Part shown: piece after piece, positions 1-10,839 of the stretch
Position numbering within the stretch: position 1 is the stretch's first letter
Layout: each line of letters starts with the position of its first letter
NCBI GenBank assembly: GCA_016124335.1
Contig: WGNX01000009.1
Coordinates: 184,034 to 248,033, forward strand
Reading direction: 5' to 3'
Source: Alphaproteobacteria bacterium
GTDB lineage: Bacteria; Pseudomonadota; Alphaproteobacteria; CACIAM-22H2
Length of the DNA stretch: 64,000 bases
Notes under the pieces: model-generated
What the model was told of the DNA's origin: nothing
Databases searched by the model: none
The model's input: the letters and a program-made list of their open reading frames with translations, nothing else
Made by a program: the position numbers and the translations under genes

Positions 1-1185
1 TTCGGCAATGCCCGCACGCAACCCGCCGCCGTTCTGGACGGCGATCGTGGTTCCGGCCGCACGCGTGGCGACAAGCATCGCCTCGGCAACGAGGTTGCCC
101 AGCGCGCACTCGCGTGCCCGGCACCCGTCGAGCGCATAGGGGATTGCCGCGGCCCCCACGACCTGCGTGCGGACCTGAGCGAGCGGCGCATCGAGCCTGT
201 CGACCACCGCCTGCACGGTTGGATCGGGCCTGACCGACTGCTCGACCGTGATCGAGTTGCCGTTGGCGGCGACGACATTGCCGGCCACGTCGAAATCGAC
301 GTCGATGCGCCCGATCCAGCGCGAGAACGAACCGGACTGCACGATGGGAACCTCGCGCCCCGACGGGCCCTTGACGCGCACCGGATAGGGGCCTTCGGAG
401 CCCTTGATGTCGTTGGCAAGCAACGTGTGCGAATGGCCGCCGACGACCACGTCGATCCCGTCGACCGCGGCGGCGACCTCCTTGTCGCGGAACAGGCCGA
501 GATGCGAGACCATGATGATGTGGTTTACGCCGTCGGCCTTGAGCCGCGCCACGATCGGCGCGATCACGCCTTCCGCGCGCGGGAATTTCAGGTTCTGGCC
601 GGGCGAAGAAATCTCCGGCGTGTCCTCGGTCGTGGCGCCGATGATCCCGATCTTCACGCCGCCACGCTCCAGCACGACGGCATCGCGATATTGGCCACGG
701 ATGGCGGGTTCGGCCGATGCATCGACATTGGCCGACAGGACCGGAGATTTCGCGCCGCGCAGATAGCGCGAGAAGTTCGCGGGCCCGTCGTCGAACTCGT
801 GGTTGCCGATGGCCATCGCGTCGTAACCGAGCATGTTGTTGATCTCGAGCTCGGCGGCACCCTTGTAATGCGTGTAGAAAAGCGAGCCCTGGAAATTGTC
901 GCCCGCGTTGAGGACCAGCACCTGGCGGCCGGCGGCCGTCGCGGCGGCGCGATTCTGCGCGAACAGCGTGGCCATGCGCGCCACGCCGCCCAGGCACTTG
1001 TTCTGCTGGGCTTCCTGCGCCGAACAGGTGCTGCCGAAGGCATTCACCATCTGCAGGCGCGAATGGACGTCGTTGGAATGGAGGATGGTCAGCTTCAGCG
1101 GGGCCGGCGGCGGCTCGGCCGCGCAGGCGGCAAGCAGCACCAGACCGGCGAGGGCGAAGGGGCGCAAGGACCGCAGCGTGCTCAT
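1..1185 (-). CDS. Bifunctional metallophosphatase / 5'-nucleotidase lipoprotein (3' end runs off the window)
   Basis: Translated by hand from ATG at 1185: MSTLRSLRPFALAGLVLLAAC (lipobox), then ILHSNDVHS, NAGDNFQGS and GNHEFD metallophosphoesterase motifs; GGAG upstream. Not in the ORF track because there is no stop in the window. Confidence 0.9.
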   Translation of the reverse strand, partial: MSTLRSLRPFALAGLVLLAACAAEPPPAPLKLTILHSNDVHSRLQMVNAFGSTCSAQEAQQNKCLGGVARMATLFAQNRAAATAAGRQVLVLNAGDNFQGSLFYTHYKGAAELEINNMLGYDAMAIGNHEFDDGPANFSRYLRGAKSPVLSANVDASAEPAIRGQYRDAVVLERGGVKIGIIGATTEDTPEISSPGQNLKFPRAEGVIAPIVARLKADGVNHIIMVSHLGLFRDKEVAAAVDGIDVVVGGHSHTLLANDIKGSEGPYPVRVKGPSGREVPIVQSGSFSRWIGRIDVDFDVAGNVVAANGNSITVEQSVRPDPTVQAVVDRLDAPLAQVRTQVVGAAAIPYALDGCRARECALGNLVAEAMLVATRAAGTTIAVQNGGGLRAGIAE

Positions 1186-1217
1186 CCGATGGACTCCATA
1201 TTCGGTTTTTATGTTTT

Positions 1218-3083
1218 TCAGGCGCTCCGCCGCGAGCCGCCCGGAGGCGCGTCTTCCTCGAACAGCTCGGCCAGCTTCTCCATGACCGTGCCGCCGAGCT
1301 GCTCGGCATCCACGATCGTCACCGCGCGCCGGTAATAGCGCGTCACGTCGTGGCCGATGCCGATGGCGAGCAGTTCGACCGGCGAACGCGTCTCGATATA
1401 TTCGATCGCCTCGCGCAGATGGCGCTCAAGGTAGTTGCCCGGATTGACCGACAGGGTCGAATCGTCGACCGGCGCGCCGTCGGAAATGACCATCAGGATC
1501 TTGCGCTGCTCGGGCCGCGCGATCAGGCGCGAATGCGCCCAAAGCAGCGCCTCGCCGTCGATGTTTTCCTTGAGCAGCCCCTCGCGCAGCATCAGGCCCA
1601 GCGACTTGCGCGCGCGCCGCCACGGCGCATCGGCCCCCTTGTAGATGATGTGGCGCAGGTCGTTGAGGCGGCCCGGATTGGCGGGCTTGCCCTGCGATAG
1701 CCAGCGTTCGCGGCTCTGCCCGCCCTTCCACGCGCGCGTGGTGAAGCCGAGGATCTCGACCTTGACCGCGCAACGCTCCAGCGTGCGCGCGAGGATGTCG
1801 GCCGACATCGCGGCGACCGTGATCGGCCGGCCGCGCATCGAACCCGAATTGTCGATGAGCAACGACACCACCGTGTCGCGGAAATCGGTGTCCAGTTCGC
1901 GCTTGTAGGAAAGCGGGAAGGCCGGATTGGCGACGACGCGCGCGAGGCGCGCGGCATCGAGCGTGCCTTCCTCGAGGTCGAATTCCCACGCCCGGCTCTG
2001 GCGCGCCAGCAGGCGGCGCTGCAACCGGTTGGCGAGCCGGGCGATGACGCCCTGGAGATGGGAAAGCTGCTGGTCGAGATGCGCGCGCAGCCGCGTCAGT
2101 TCGTCGGCATCGCACAGCATGTCGGCTTCGACCGTCTCGTCGAACTCGGTCGTGAAGGCGCGATATAGTGGCGCATCGGTCGAATTGCGCATGTCGTTGG
2201 GCGGGCGCCAGCGCTTGCCGGGCCGTTCGGGCCCGTCCTCGCCCATGCCGTCGGCGTCTTCGCCTTCCTGCTCCTCGCCTTCGCCCTCGCCGCCGTCTTC
2301 GCCGGCCGCTTCGCGCGTCTCGGAGCCCATCATGGCTTCGGAGTCCGACGTGTCGCCCGATTCTTCGGCCTCGCCGGATTTCTGGCCTTCCTCGTCGTTG
2401 TCGCCCTGCTGGTCCTGGTCCTCGGCCTCGGAGGCTTGCCCCTCCTCCTCGCCGAGTTCGAGGTCGGCGACGAGCTTGCGCGCGACTTCGGCGAACGACG
2501 CCTGATCGCCGAGAGCGCGGGAAAGCTGGGTCAGGTCCTGACCGGCCTTCGCCTCGATCCACGGGCGCCACAGATCGACCATGCGCTTGGCGCTTTCGGG
2601 CGGCGGCTGGCCGGTGAAGGTCTCGCGCGCGAGCAGCGCCACCGCCTCGACGATGGGGGCCGCTTCGCGGTCGGCGATGCGCGAATAGCCGGCCTGGCGG
2701 CAGCGTTCTTCCAGTGCGGCGGACAGGTTGTTCGAAACGCCCGACATGCGGTTGGAGCCCAGCGCCTCGCAGCGTGCCTGTTCGACCGCATCGTAGATCG
2801 CCCGGCCCATCGTGCCGGCCGGCTGCCGCTTGGCATGGACGGCCGCATCGTGGAAGCGCAGCTTGAGCGCGATCGAATCGGCCTCGCCGCGCACGATGGC
2901 GACCTCGCCCGCCGGCAGGTCGCGCGCGGGCACGGGCAGGCGCGCCTCGTTGCCGCGAAGACCCGGCTGCTCGGGCACGAACGCGACATTCAGTTCCGCC
3001 TCGTGGGACATCGCGCGCATCGCTGCGGCGGTGACCTGGCGGAACTGTTCGACGGGCCCGTCGTTCCCGTTGCGCGGCGGCAT
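1218..3083 (-). CDS. cobT: Cobaltochelatase subunit CobT
   Basis: Acidic linker followed by a vWA domain ([34 protein letters not shown]); directly downstream of cobS. Start re-picked at MPPRNGN. Confidence 0.95.
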   Translation of the reverse strand: MPPRNGNDGPVEQFRQVTAAAMRAMSHEAELNVAFVPEQPGLRGNEARLPVPARDLPAGEVAIVRGEADSIALKLRFHDAAVHAKRQPAGTMGRAIYDAVEQARCEALGSNRMSGVSNNLSAALEERCRQAGYSRIADREAAPIVEAVALLARETFTGQPPPESAKRMVDLWRPWIEAKAGQDLTQLSRALGDQASFAEVARKLVADLELGEEEGQASEAEDQDQQGDNDEEGQKSGEAEESGDTSDSEAMMGSETREAAGEDGGEGEGEEQEGEDADGMGEDGPERPGKRWRPPNDMRNSTDAPLYRAFTTEFDETVEADMLCDADELTRLRAHLDQQLSHLQGVIARLANRLQRRLLARQSRAWEFDLEEGTLDAARLARVVANPAFPLSYKRELDTDFRDTVVSLLIDNSGSMRGRPITVAAMSADILARTLERCAVKVEILGFTTRAWKGGQSRERWLSQGKPANPGRLNDLRHIIYKGADAPWRRARKSLGLMLREGLLKENIDGEALLWAHSRLIARPEQRKILMVISDGAPVDDSTLSVNPGNYLERHLREAIEYIETRSPVELLAIGIGHDVTRYYRRAVTIVDAEQLGGTVMEKLAELFEEDAPPGGSRRSA

Positions 3084-3091
3084 GGAAACCT

Positions 3092-4096
3092 TCAGCCCGC
3101 CTTCCGTACGCCCGTGCCGGCACCGCCCGGCAGTTCGGCGCCGAAGCAGCGCTGGTAGTATTCCGCCACGGTCGTCCGCTCGACCTCGTCGCACTTGTTG
3201 AGGAACGTCACGCGGAACGCGAAGCCGACATCGCCGAAGATCTTGGCGTTCTCGGCCCACGTGATGACGGTGCGCGGGCTCATCACGGTCGAGATGTCGC
3301 CTGCCATGAAGCCGGCGCGCGTCAGGTCGGCAAGCGCCACCATCGCGGAGATGATCTCGCGGCCTTCCTTGGTGTCGTAGCCGGCAGCCTTTGCCAGCAC
3401 GATGCGCGTTTCTTCCTCGTGCGGCAGGTAGTTCAGCGTCGTGACGATGTTCCAGCGGTCCATCTGACCCTGGTTGATCTGCTGCGTGCCGTGATAGAGG
3501 CCCGTCGTGTCGCCCAGCCCCACGGTGTTGGCCGTGGCGAACAGGCGGAAGGCCGGATGCGGATGCAGCACGCGGTTCTGGTCGAGCAGCGTGAGCTTGC
3601 CGTCGACTTCCAGCACGCGCTGGATGACGAACATCACGTCGGCGCGGCCGGCGTCGTATTCGTCGAACACGAGCGCGCAGGGGTGCTGGAGCGCCCAGGG
3701 CAGCAGCCCTTCGCGGAACTCGGTCACCTGCTTGCCGTCGCGCACGACGATCGCGTCGCGGCCGACGAGGTCGATGCGGCTGATATGGCTGTCGAGATTG
3801 ATGCGGATGCACGGCCAGTTTAGGCGCGCCGCAACCTGCTCGATATGCGTGGACTTGCCCGTGCCGTGATAGCCCTGGACCATCACGCGGCGGTTGAACG
3901 CGAAGCCCGCGAGGATGGCGAGCGTCGTCTCGCGGTCGAAGCGGTAGTTCTCGTCGAGATTGGGCACGTGTTCGGTCGGCGCGCTCGAAAAGGCGGGGAC
4001 CTCGAGGTCGGAATCGATGCCGAAGGTCTGACGGACCTTCACCTTGATGTCGGGAACGCGCGCGTAGTTGTCGGCGGTGGCAGTCGCAAGGGCCAT
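3092..4096 (-). CDS. cobS: Cobaltochelatase subunit CobS (MoxR-type AAA+ ATPase)
   Basis: GYHGTGKS Walker [11 protein letters not shown] Walker [10 protein letters not shown]; adjacent to cobT. Confidence 0.97.
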   Translation of the reverse strand: MALATATADNYARVPDIKVKVRQTFGIDSDLEVPAFSSAPTEHVPNLDENYRFDRETTLAILAGFAFNRRVMVQGYHGTGKSTHIEQVAARLNWPCIRINLDSHISRIDLVGRDAIVVRDGKQVTEFREGLLPWALQHPCALVFDEYDAGRADVMFVIQRVLEVDGKLTLLDQNRVLHPHPAFRLFATANTVGLGDTTGLYHGTQQINQGQMDRWNIVTTLNYLPHEEETRIVLAKAAGYDTKEGREIISAMVALADLTRAGFMAGDISTVMSPRTVITWAENAKIFGDVGFAFRVTFLNKCDEVERTTVAEYYQRCFGAELPGGAGTGVRKAG

Positions 4097-4160
4097 GATC
4101 TGGAAAACTCCGCTACCGGAACGTCGGGGGTGCAGCGCAGCAAAGCGCCGGCCCGGACCG

Positions 4161-4778
4161 TCATGACCCGGTCGTTGGCTTTCCTTGCTGCGCCTTCAGG
4201 AACGTGTAGGCCTGATTGATTGATTTTAGACGCTCTTCGGCGTCCTTGTCGCCCCCGTTTGCGTCCGGATGATGCCGTTTTACGAGGGACTTGTATCGAG
4301 ACTTTATCTCCTCGGGTCCGGCCGTCCAGTCGAGCTCCAGGACCGCAAGTGCCTCTTCCACCTGCGTTCCTGGCCGCTTCGGGCGCGGGGGCGGTTCCTC
4401 GCGCGCCGAGCCGTCGAATCCCGGAATGTCCGAGCCTGCAAACCAGCGCCGCATCGCCTCTTCGAGCGCCTCGGTCCGGCTCTGGCGCATTCGGCCACGT
4501 TTGCCCACGCCCATCGGCCATGTCGGACGCCGCCCGATCACGTCGGCCCGCCGCTCAAGCTCCAGCGCGTCGGCATTCATGCCCTTGTAAAAGTCCCACG
4601 ACGCGTTGTATTCGCGGACGTGCTCAAGGCAGAACCAATAGAAATCATTGAGGTTTTGCCGCCCGCGGGGCGCGCGGTAGGCGCCGGGCTCCGCGCAGCC
4701 GGGGTGATCGCACCGCTTGGGCGCTGATTTCGGATCGACCTGCGGACGATCGTATGTTCGGGCACGGACGCGAGCCAT
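4161..4778 (-). CDS. J-domain protein with N-terminal Cys-rich region
   Basis: CDHPGC...[13 protein letters not shown]-terminus; C-terminal J domain with HHPD; usual neighbour of cobS in alphaproteobacteria. Confidence 0.9.
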   Translation of the reverse strand: MARVRARTYDRPQVDPKSAPKRCDHPGCAEPGAYRAPRGRQNLNDFYWFCLEHVREYNASWDFYKGMNADALELERRADVIGRRPTWPMGVGKRGRMRQSRTEALEEAMRRWFAGSDIPGFDGSAREEPPPRPKRPGTQVEEALAVLELDWTAGPEEIKSRYKSLVKRHHPDANGGDKDAEERLKSINQAYTFLKAQQGKPTTGS

Positions 4779-4984
4779 CGTAGGCAAGTATGTGCGAGGT
4801 TTTCTATCCCGACAACAGTGCGGCGCGAATCGACAAGGCTCGGGAAGGGCCTATCTGTTTACAAAAAATTCCTAAAATTGTAGATTTCTGGGGATTGCCT
4901 GGCGACCGGCGGCCTCCGCGCCCTGCCGCCAGGATCGTTTACAGGGTTGCGCGACTGGCGCGCGGCCGGCGTCGGGGAAGAGGC

Positions 4985-5371
4985 ATGGCGAGCGAGTACC
5001 GTCTGATCTTCTTCGACCAGAACGAACTGTGCCGCGCGCTCATCGAGTACAACCGCCAGCGTCGCACGCCGTTCCCGCCCGGAAACCTCAAGAAGGTCGT
5101 GATCGACCGCGACCGTCTGACGGTCACGATCCAGATCGACAAGGACTCGGGCGACACCGACAAGGTCTCGTTCGATGCGGCGTCGGTCGCTGCGGCGCTC
5201 ATCGTCTATTGCCGCGAGCGCAAGATCCCGCTGCCGGCGAAATCGGCAAAGGAAATGCGGCTCGTCGCCGACCGGCTGTGCTTCCTCATCCGCATCAAGG
5301 GCACACCAGCCGAAGCGTCGATCGCCGTCGAGTACACCGGCAAGATGGTCGCGACCGAAGCCGCCGACTAG
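4985..5371 (+). CDS. Hypothetical protein
   Basis: MASEYRLIFFDQNELCRALIEY; GAGG RBS-like sequence and host-like codon usage; no family recognised. Confidence 0.75.
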   Translation: MASEYRLIFFDQNELCRALIEYNRQRRTPFPPGNLKKVVIDRDRLTVTIQIDKDSGDTDKVSFDAASVAAALIVYCRERKIPLPAKSAKEMRLVADRLCFLIRIKGTPAEASIAVEYTGKMVATEAAD

Positions 5372-5402
5372 ACTGCCGGTTCGTCACGCCCGGAGACCCG
5401 GC

Positions 5403-5807
5403 ATGCCCCCGACACCCTATCTGTTCTTCGACGGCCGCTGCGAAGAGGCGGCCGAATTCTACAAGAAGGCGATCGACGCAGAGATCGGCCTGCTGATGCG
5501 CTTCAAGGATGCGCCCGATCCCAAGCCGCCGGGCGATCCGAACAAGGTCATGCACGCGGCGCTACGCGTGGCCGGTGGCGAAATCATGATGTCGGACGGC
5601 TATGCGAAGGGCAATCCCGAGTTCAAGGGCTTCAGCCTGTCGCTGACCGCGAAAGACGAGGCCGACGCAACGCGCATGTTCGACGCGCTTGCCGAAGGTG
5701 GCAGCGTGACGATGCCGCTGGGCCCGACGTTCTTCTCGCCCTGTTTTGGCATGCTGACCGACCGCTTTGGCGTCGGCTGGATGATCATCGTCCAGCCAGC
5801 AGGTTAG
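5403..5807 (+). CDS. VOC family / PhnB-like protein
   Basis: PYLFFDGRCEEAAEFY, VMHAAL, FGMLTDRFGVGWMI. Confidence 0.9.
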   Translation: MPPTPYLFFDGRCEEAAEFYKKAIDAEIGLLMRFKDAPDPKPPGDPNKVMHAALRVAGGEIMMSDGYAKGNPEFKGFSLSLTAKDEADATRMFDALAEGGSVTMPLGPTFFSPCFGMLTDRFGVGWMIIVQPAG

Positions 5808-6625
5808 AGCGCGAATTCCGCGCGCGCCTGCATGGCGAGATAGCCGCCCGGCCCTCGCGCCCACAATACCGCGCCCTCGCCTTCCTTGCGCCCGCACAGT
5901 TCGAACGGATGCGTATCGAAAAGCGGCGACATCGCGCGGAATTCGAATCTCTTGAGGGCACGGCCTGACCGTTCGACCGCCAGGTCCTGCAGCATCGTGG
6001 CCACCATCGGCCCGTGCACGACGAGCCCGCCATAGCCTTCCACGTCGGTCGCGTAGCTGCGGTCGTAATGGATACGGTGGCCGTTGAACGTCAGTGCGGA
6101 ATAGCGGAACAGCAGCACCGGATCGGGCACCACGCGGCGCGACCAGTCTTCGCCCGCTGGCGCCGGCTGGGGCTTGGGCGCGGGGTGCGCCGGATCGGGA
6201 TCGGCGCGGTAGACGATGTCGTGCCATTCCTCCAGCCGCAACGCGCCTTCTGCCGAAATCCCGTGGTGTACGGTGACGAAGACGAGGGCGCCCGTCTTGC
6301 CGTGCTTTTCCTCGACCTTCTCGATGCGCGAAACGCGCGTTGCAACGGCATCGACGGGCAGCCGCGAATGATAGTGAAGCCGCCCGCCCGCCCACATGCG
6401 GCGTGGCAGGGCGACCGGCGGCAGGAATCCGCCGCGCTTCGGGTGCCCGTCGCGGCCCAGATCGCGCGCCCTCTCGACCGCATTGAAAAACGCCCAATGC
6501 CAGCCCGGCGGCACGGCATCTTTCGGCGGATCGCGGTCGAACGTGGCCGCCAGCGCGGCAAGGCGTTCGCCATGGATCGTCTCGGTGCGCGTCTCGCTGC
6601 GGCCGATCCAGTCCGCGAGGTTCAT
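5804..6625 (-). CDS. Double hot-dog acyl-CoA hydratase (mesaconyl-C4-CoA / itaconyl-CoA hydratase-like)
   Basis: DGHPKRGGFLPP, RRMWAGG, LFRYSALTFNGHRIHYD, LVVHGP. Confidence 0.85.
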   Translation of the reverse strand: MNLADWIGRSETRTETIHGERLAALAATFDRDPPKDAVPPGWHWAFFNAVERARDLGRDGHPKRGGFLPPVALPRRMWAGGRLHYHSRLPVDAVATRVSRIEKVEEKHGKTGALVFVTVHHGISAEGALRLEEWHDIVYRADPDPAHPAPKPQPAPAGEDWSRRVVPDPVLLFRYSALTFNGHRIHYDRSYATDVEGYGGLVVHGPMVATMLQDLAVERSGRALKRFEFRAMSPLFDTHPFELCGRKEGEGAVLWARGPGGYLAMQARAEFAL

Positions 6626-7737
6626 GCGAACTCCGCGCGGATCGCGTCCGTGTGCTGGCCCACCGCCGGAACGGGACCAAGTGCCGGCGCACGCACCCCG
6701 TCGACGACCGGCGGCGGTGCGGGGATCGCAACGGGGCCAGCCGGCGTATCGATTTCGACGCGACGGAGTTGCGGGTGTCTGGAAAAGCGCGCGACGTCGT
6801 TGAGCTCGCCGAACGCGATGCTGCCTTTGTTGAGCCGCGCCACCAGATCGTCTCGCTTGCGCCGCGCGAAGGCGGCGGCAATGTGCGCGTCAAGCGCCGC
6901 GCGGTTCTTCACGCGCAGCACGTTGGTCGCGAATTCGGCCGCGACCGGCTCTTCGAGGACATGGGCGCAGAAATTCCCCCATTCGCGGTCGTTCTGCACC
7001 GAGATCACGATGGGGATGCCGTCCGACGATACGAAGGCGCTGTAGGGTGCGACGGACGGATGTGCGAGGCCCACGCGGCCCGGCGCCTTGCCGCCATAGT
7101 CGTGATGGAGCAGCGGCACGGCCATCCAGTCGGCCATGCCGTCGAACAGCGAGACCTTGATCGATCGGCCTTCGCCCGTCTTCCCTCGCGCGATCAGCGC
7201 TTCGAGGATCGCCTGATGGGCGTACATGCCCGCCGCGATGTCGCACACCGAAACGCCCACGCGGCCGGGTGCATCGGGCCCGCCGGTGATCGAGGCAAGG
7301 CCCGTTTCGGCCTGCACGAGCATGTCGTAGCTTTTCATCTTCGCATACGGGCCTTCGTCGCCGTAGCCGGAGATGTCGACGACGATGAGACGCGGATATT
7401 TCGCCCGCAACTCCTCGGTGCCGAAACCCGCGCGCGCGGCCGCCCCCGGCATCAGGTTCTGCACGAACACGTCGGCCTTCGCGAGGATACGGTGCAGCAA
7501 TTCCGCATCGCCCGGCACCTTGATGTCGGCCACGAGCGACTGCTTGCCGCGGTTGAGCCACACGAAATAGCTCGCCTGCCCCTTGGCGACCGCATCATAG
7601 CCGCGCGCGAAATCGCCTTCCGCACGCTCGATCTTGATGACGCGGGCGCCCGCATCGGCAAGGCGCGAGGTGCAATAGGGTGCGGCGACCGCCTGCTCGA
7701 GGCTGAGGACGAGAATGCCATCGAGTGCACCCGCCAT
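6622..7737 (-). CDS. CaiB/BaiF family III CoA-transferase
   Basis: LEQAVAAPYCT, GARVIKIER, WLNRGKQS, VSVCDIAAG. Confidence 0.93.
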   Translation of the reverse strand: MAGALDGILVLSLEQAVAAPYCTSRLADAGARVIKIERAEGDFARGYDAVAKGQASYFVWLNRGKQSLVADIKVPGDAELLHRILAKADVFVQNLMPGAAARAGFGTEELRAKYPRLIVVDISGYGDEGPYAKMKSYDMLVQAETGLASITGGPDAPGRVGVSVCDIAAGMYAHQAILEALIARGKTGEGRSIKVSLFDGMADWMAVPLLHHDYGGKAPGRVGLAHPSVAPYSAFVSSDGIPIVISVQNDREWGNFCAHVLEEPVAAEFATNVLRVKNRAALDAHIAAAFARRKRDDLVARLNKGSIAFGELNDVARFSRHPQLRRVEIDTPAGPVAIPAPPPVVDGVRAPALGPVPAVGQHTDAIRAEFA

Positions 7738-7738
7738 G

Positions 7739-8887
7739 TCAGTACGACCTCGGCAGGTCGAGCACGTGCTCGGCGAGATAGGCGAGGATCAGGTTCGTCG
7801 AGATGGGGGCGACCTGATAGAGCCTTGCCTCGCGGAACTTGCGCTCGACATCGTATTCTTCGGCAAAGCCGAAGCCGCCATGCGTCTGCAGGCAGGCCTC
7901 GGCCGCCTTCCACGAGGCATCGGCGGCCAGCATCTTGGCCATATTTGCCTGCGGCCCGCACGGCTCGCCCGCTTCGTAGAGGTCGAGCGCCTCGCGCACC
8001 ATCAGTGCCGCCGCCTGCCCGTCGGCATAGGCGCGCGCGATGGGAAACTGGATGCCCTGGTTCTGCCCGATGGGCCGGCCGAACACGACGCGCGTCCGCG
8101 CATAGGCGCTCGCCTTTTCCACGAACCAGCGCATGTCGCCGATGCATTCGGCCGATATGAGGATGCGCTCGGCATTCATGCCGTCGAGGATGTAGCGGAA
8201 GCCGCGCCCTTCCTCGCCGATGCGGTTTTCGGCCGGCACTTCCAGATCGTCGAAGAACACCTCGGTCGTCGCGTGGTTCATCATCGCGCGCAGCGGCTTG
8301 ATCGTCAGCCCCTTGGCCTTGCGCATGTCGACGACGAAGACCGATAGCCCCTCGGTCTTCTTCGCGACCTTGTCCTTGGGCGTGGTGCGCGCGAGCAGCA
8401 GCATCAGGTCGGAATGTTCGGCCCGGCTGGTCCACACCTTCTGGCCGTTGACGACATATCTGTCGCCCCTGCGCTCGGCCGTCGTGCGGATCGCGGTCGT
8501 GTCGGTGCCTGCACTGGGTTCGGTCACGCCGAACGCCTGCAGGCGCAGCTCGCCCGACGCGATGCCGGGCAGGAAGCGCTGCTTCTGTTCGGCACTGCCG
8601 TGCCGCAGGATCGTGCCCATCGTGTACATCTGCGCATGGCATGCACCGCCGTTTGCGCCCGATGCATGGATTTCCTCGAGGATCGCGGCGGCGGCCGAAA
8701 GCCCCAGGCCCGAGCCGCCATATTCCTCGGGGATCAGCACGGCGAGCATGCCGGCACTCGTCAGTTCGTCGACGAATTCTTTCGGATAGGCGCGGTCGCG
8801 ATCGAGCTTGCGCCAGTATTCGCCCGGATATTTCGCGCACAGCGCGCGGACCGACTCCCGGATTTCCGGATGTGCGGGCGCGCGCAC
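7739..8887 (-). CDS. Acyl-CoA dehydrogenase
   Basis: FGVTEPSAGTD, NGQKVWTS, QTHGGFGFAEEYDVERKFRE. Confidence 0.95.
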   Translation of the reverse strand: MRAPAHPEIRESVRALCAKYPGEYWRKLDRDRAYPKEFVDELTSAGMLAVLIPEEYGGSGLGLSAAAAILEEIHASGANGGACHAQMYTMGTILRHGSAEQKQRFLPGIASGELRLQAFGVTEPSAGTDTTAIRTTAERRGDRYVVNGQKVWTSRAEHSDLMLLLARTTPKDKVAKKTEGLSVFVVDMRKAKGLTIKPLRAMMNHATTEVFFDDLEVPAENRIGEEGRGFRYILDGMNAERILISAECIGDMRWFVEKASAYARTRVVFGRPIGQNQGIQFPIARAYADGQAAALMVREALDLYEAGEPCGPQANMAKMLAADASWKAAEACLQTHGGFGFAEEYDVERKFREARLYQVAPISTNLILAYLAEHVLDLPRSY

Positions 8888-8889
8888 GG

Positions 8890-9891
8890 CTAGCCTGCCC
8901 GCTTGCGGAGGTCGGCCAGCAGTTCGGCCGGCACCTTGATGCCGCCGGTCGCGGCAGCGGCGCGCAGCTTGAGCCGCCGGTCGCCGGGAAGGCGCGTGCC
9001 CGGCTGCGCGAGGATCGCGGCGAGCAGCATTTCGAGGCGTTGCGCGAACGCAGGTCCGGCAAAACGCATCGGGTCGATCAGCAGGAAGAACTGGCCCACG
9101 CGCGGTGGCGGGCCTTTGGCATCGAAGAACGAGCTTGCCTCGTAGCCGTAGTTGGACGCCGTCAGCGTCGCGGCGAGGATCTCGACCATCAGCACGAGGG
9201 CCGCCCCCTTCGCCTCGCCCAGCGGCAGCATCGTGCCGGCCATGCCCTTTTTCGGGTCGGTCGTGGGCTTGCCGTCGGGGTCGAGTGCCCAGCCTTCCGG
9301 GATCGCCTCGCCCTTTTGCGCCGCCACCATCAGCTTGCCGCGCGCGACCTTCGACAGCGACAGGTCGATGACGAGCGGTGCCTGACCGGCGCGCGGTGCG
9401 GCAAACGCGATGGGGTTCGTGCCGAACAGCCCTTTCGAGCCGCCCCAGGGTGCGATCGCCTGCGGCGAATTGCCGAAGCCCAGCGCCACGAGACCGGCCT
9501 TCGCCGCCACTTCGACGTGATAGCCGGCCGCGCCGAAATGATGCGAGTTGCCGATGCCGATGCCGACGACGCCGGCGTTGCGCGCCATCTCGATCCCGCG
9601 CGCGAGCCCGAGCGCGATTGCCGGATAGGCGAAGCCGTCCTTGGCATCGACGAACAGCGCGCCGGGTGCCGAAACGCGCAGTTCCGGAACTGCCTTGCCG
9701 GCAACCTTGCCCGCCTTCGCCTGATCGGCATAGGCGGCCACGCGGCTGAGCCCGTGGCTTGCCAGCCCGTCAGCCTCGGCCGCCACGAGCGCGTCGGCCA
9801 CGGCGCGCGCGTTGGCTTCTTCGGTGCCGGCGGCGACCAGCGCCTTCAGCGCCAGCGCATGCGCCTCGCTCAGCGAAATCGTCTCGCTCAT
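8890..9891 (-). CDS. comC: Ldh_2 family oxidoreductase, probable (R)-sulfolactate dehydrogenase
   Basis: SHGLSRV, NSHHFG, GTNPIAFA, KGAALVLMVEIL, RLPGDRR; in an operon with slcC-like and suyAB genes. Confidence 0.75.
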   Translation of the reverse strand: MSETISLSEAHALALKALVAAGTEEANARAVADALVAAEADGLASHGLSRVAAYADQAKAGKVAGKAVPELRVSAPGALFVDAKDGFAYPAIALGLARGIEMARNAGVVGIGIGNSHHFGAAGYHVEVAAKAGLVALGFGNSPQAIAPWGGSKGLFGTNPIAFAAPRAGQAPLVIDLSLSKVARGKLMVAAQKGEAIPEGWALDPDGKPTTDPKKGMAGTMLPLGEAKGAALVLMVEILAATLTASNYGYEASSFFDAKGPPPRVGQFFLLIDPMRFAGPAFAQRLEMLLAAILAQPGTRLPGDRRLKLRAAAATGGIKVPAELLADLRKRAG

Positions 9892-10838
9892 TTCGACCCC
9901 TTGATGCCGAGCTTGGCGAGCGCGCCGCGCACGTTTGCGACCGTTACCGAGGAAACGCGCACGTTGCCCTCAGCGGTGACGCCCGCGATATGCGGCGTCA
10001 GCCACAGGCGGGGTGCACCTTCCAGCGCCGAGCCCGCCTTCAGCGGTTCCTTGTCGTAGACGTCGATCAGCGCGCCGCCGATGGTGCCGGCCTTGAGTGC
10101 GGCGGCAAGGGCCGCTTCGTCGATGATGCCGCCACGCGCCGTGTTGATGAGAAGTGCCGTCTTCTTCATCTTCGCGAGGAGGCCGGCATCGAACATGTTG
10201 CGCGTTTCGGGCGTCAGCGGCACGTGCAGCGAGATCACGTCGCATGTGGCCGCCAGTTCGTCGAGCGTGGCGATGCGCGCCACACCATATTGCTTCCACG
10301 CCGGATCGTCGGCCTTCACCATCGGGTCGTAGGCCGCCAGATCCATCTCCAGCGCCTTCGCACGGACGGCAGTTGCCCTCGCGATACCGCCGAAGCCCAC
10401 GAACCCGAGCCGCTTGCCGTAGGCCTCGCCCAGCATCAGGTCGTTGCGTGGCCATTTGCCGGCAAGCACGTCGGCATTGGCCTTCCATACGTCGCGCAGG
10501 CCCACGAGGATCGCGCCGATCACGTATTCGGCGACCGAGACCGTGTTGGCGCCTGTCGCCGGGAAGACCTGGATGCCGCGGCGCGCGCATTCTTCCATGT
10601 CGATATTGTCGAGACCCACTCCCAGCCGGCCGATCACCTTCAGGTTCTTCATCGCCGCCAGCACCGGCCCGCGCACCTGCGTGAGGTTGCGCACGATGAT
10701 GGCCGGGCTTTCCGCCGCGAGCTTCGCCAGCTCCTCGGGTTTCGAAACCAGCGTGCGGTCGTAATGGACCTTGTAATCCTTCGCCAGATCGTCGACCGCC
10801 CACTGGTCGACGAATTCGCTCACGACGATGTCGTACAT
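9888..10838 (-). CDS. slcC: D-2-hydroxyacid dehydrogenase, probable (S)-sulfolactate dehydrogenase
   Basis: N-terminal DIVVSEF...IIVRNLTQV, RLGVGLDNID, PATGANTVSVAEY, INTARGG, TPHIAGVT; paired with comC as in the sulfolactate racemase system. Confidence 0.72.
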   Translation of the reverse strand: MYDIVVSEFVDQWAVDDLAKDYKVHYDRTLVSKPEELAKLAAESPAIIVRNLTQVRGPVLAAMKNLKVIGRLGVGLDNIDMEECARRGIQVFPATGANTVSVAEYVIGAILVGLRDVWKANADVLAGKWPRNDLMLGEAYGKRLGFVGFGGIARATAVRAKALEMDLAAYDPMVKADDPAWKQYGVARIATLDELAATCDVISLHVPLTPETRNMFDAGLLAKMKKTALLINTARGGIIDEAALAAALKAGTIGGALIDVYDKEPLKAGSALEGAPRLWLTPHIAGVTAEGNVRVSSVTVANVRGALAKLGIKGSK

Positions 10839-10839
10839 C

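Noticed and set aside
2200-2470. Low-complexity repeat-like DNA in cobT
   Set aside because: It encodes the normal acidic linker of CobT.
1218-3812. Apparent 864-aa CobT and other long N-terminal extensions in the ORF track (sdhA-like, hydro-lyase alpha, soxX, soxY, permease, Mo subunit)
   Set aside because: The extensions run through the upstream gene or intergenic DNA as low-complexity sequence. Internal starts match family N-termini, so these are not fusions or frameshifts.
4855-4890. AT-rich tract with TACAA/TTGTA arms
   Set aside because: Probably an ordinary divergent promoter region; the arms are too short to call an operator.
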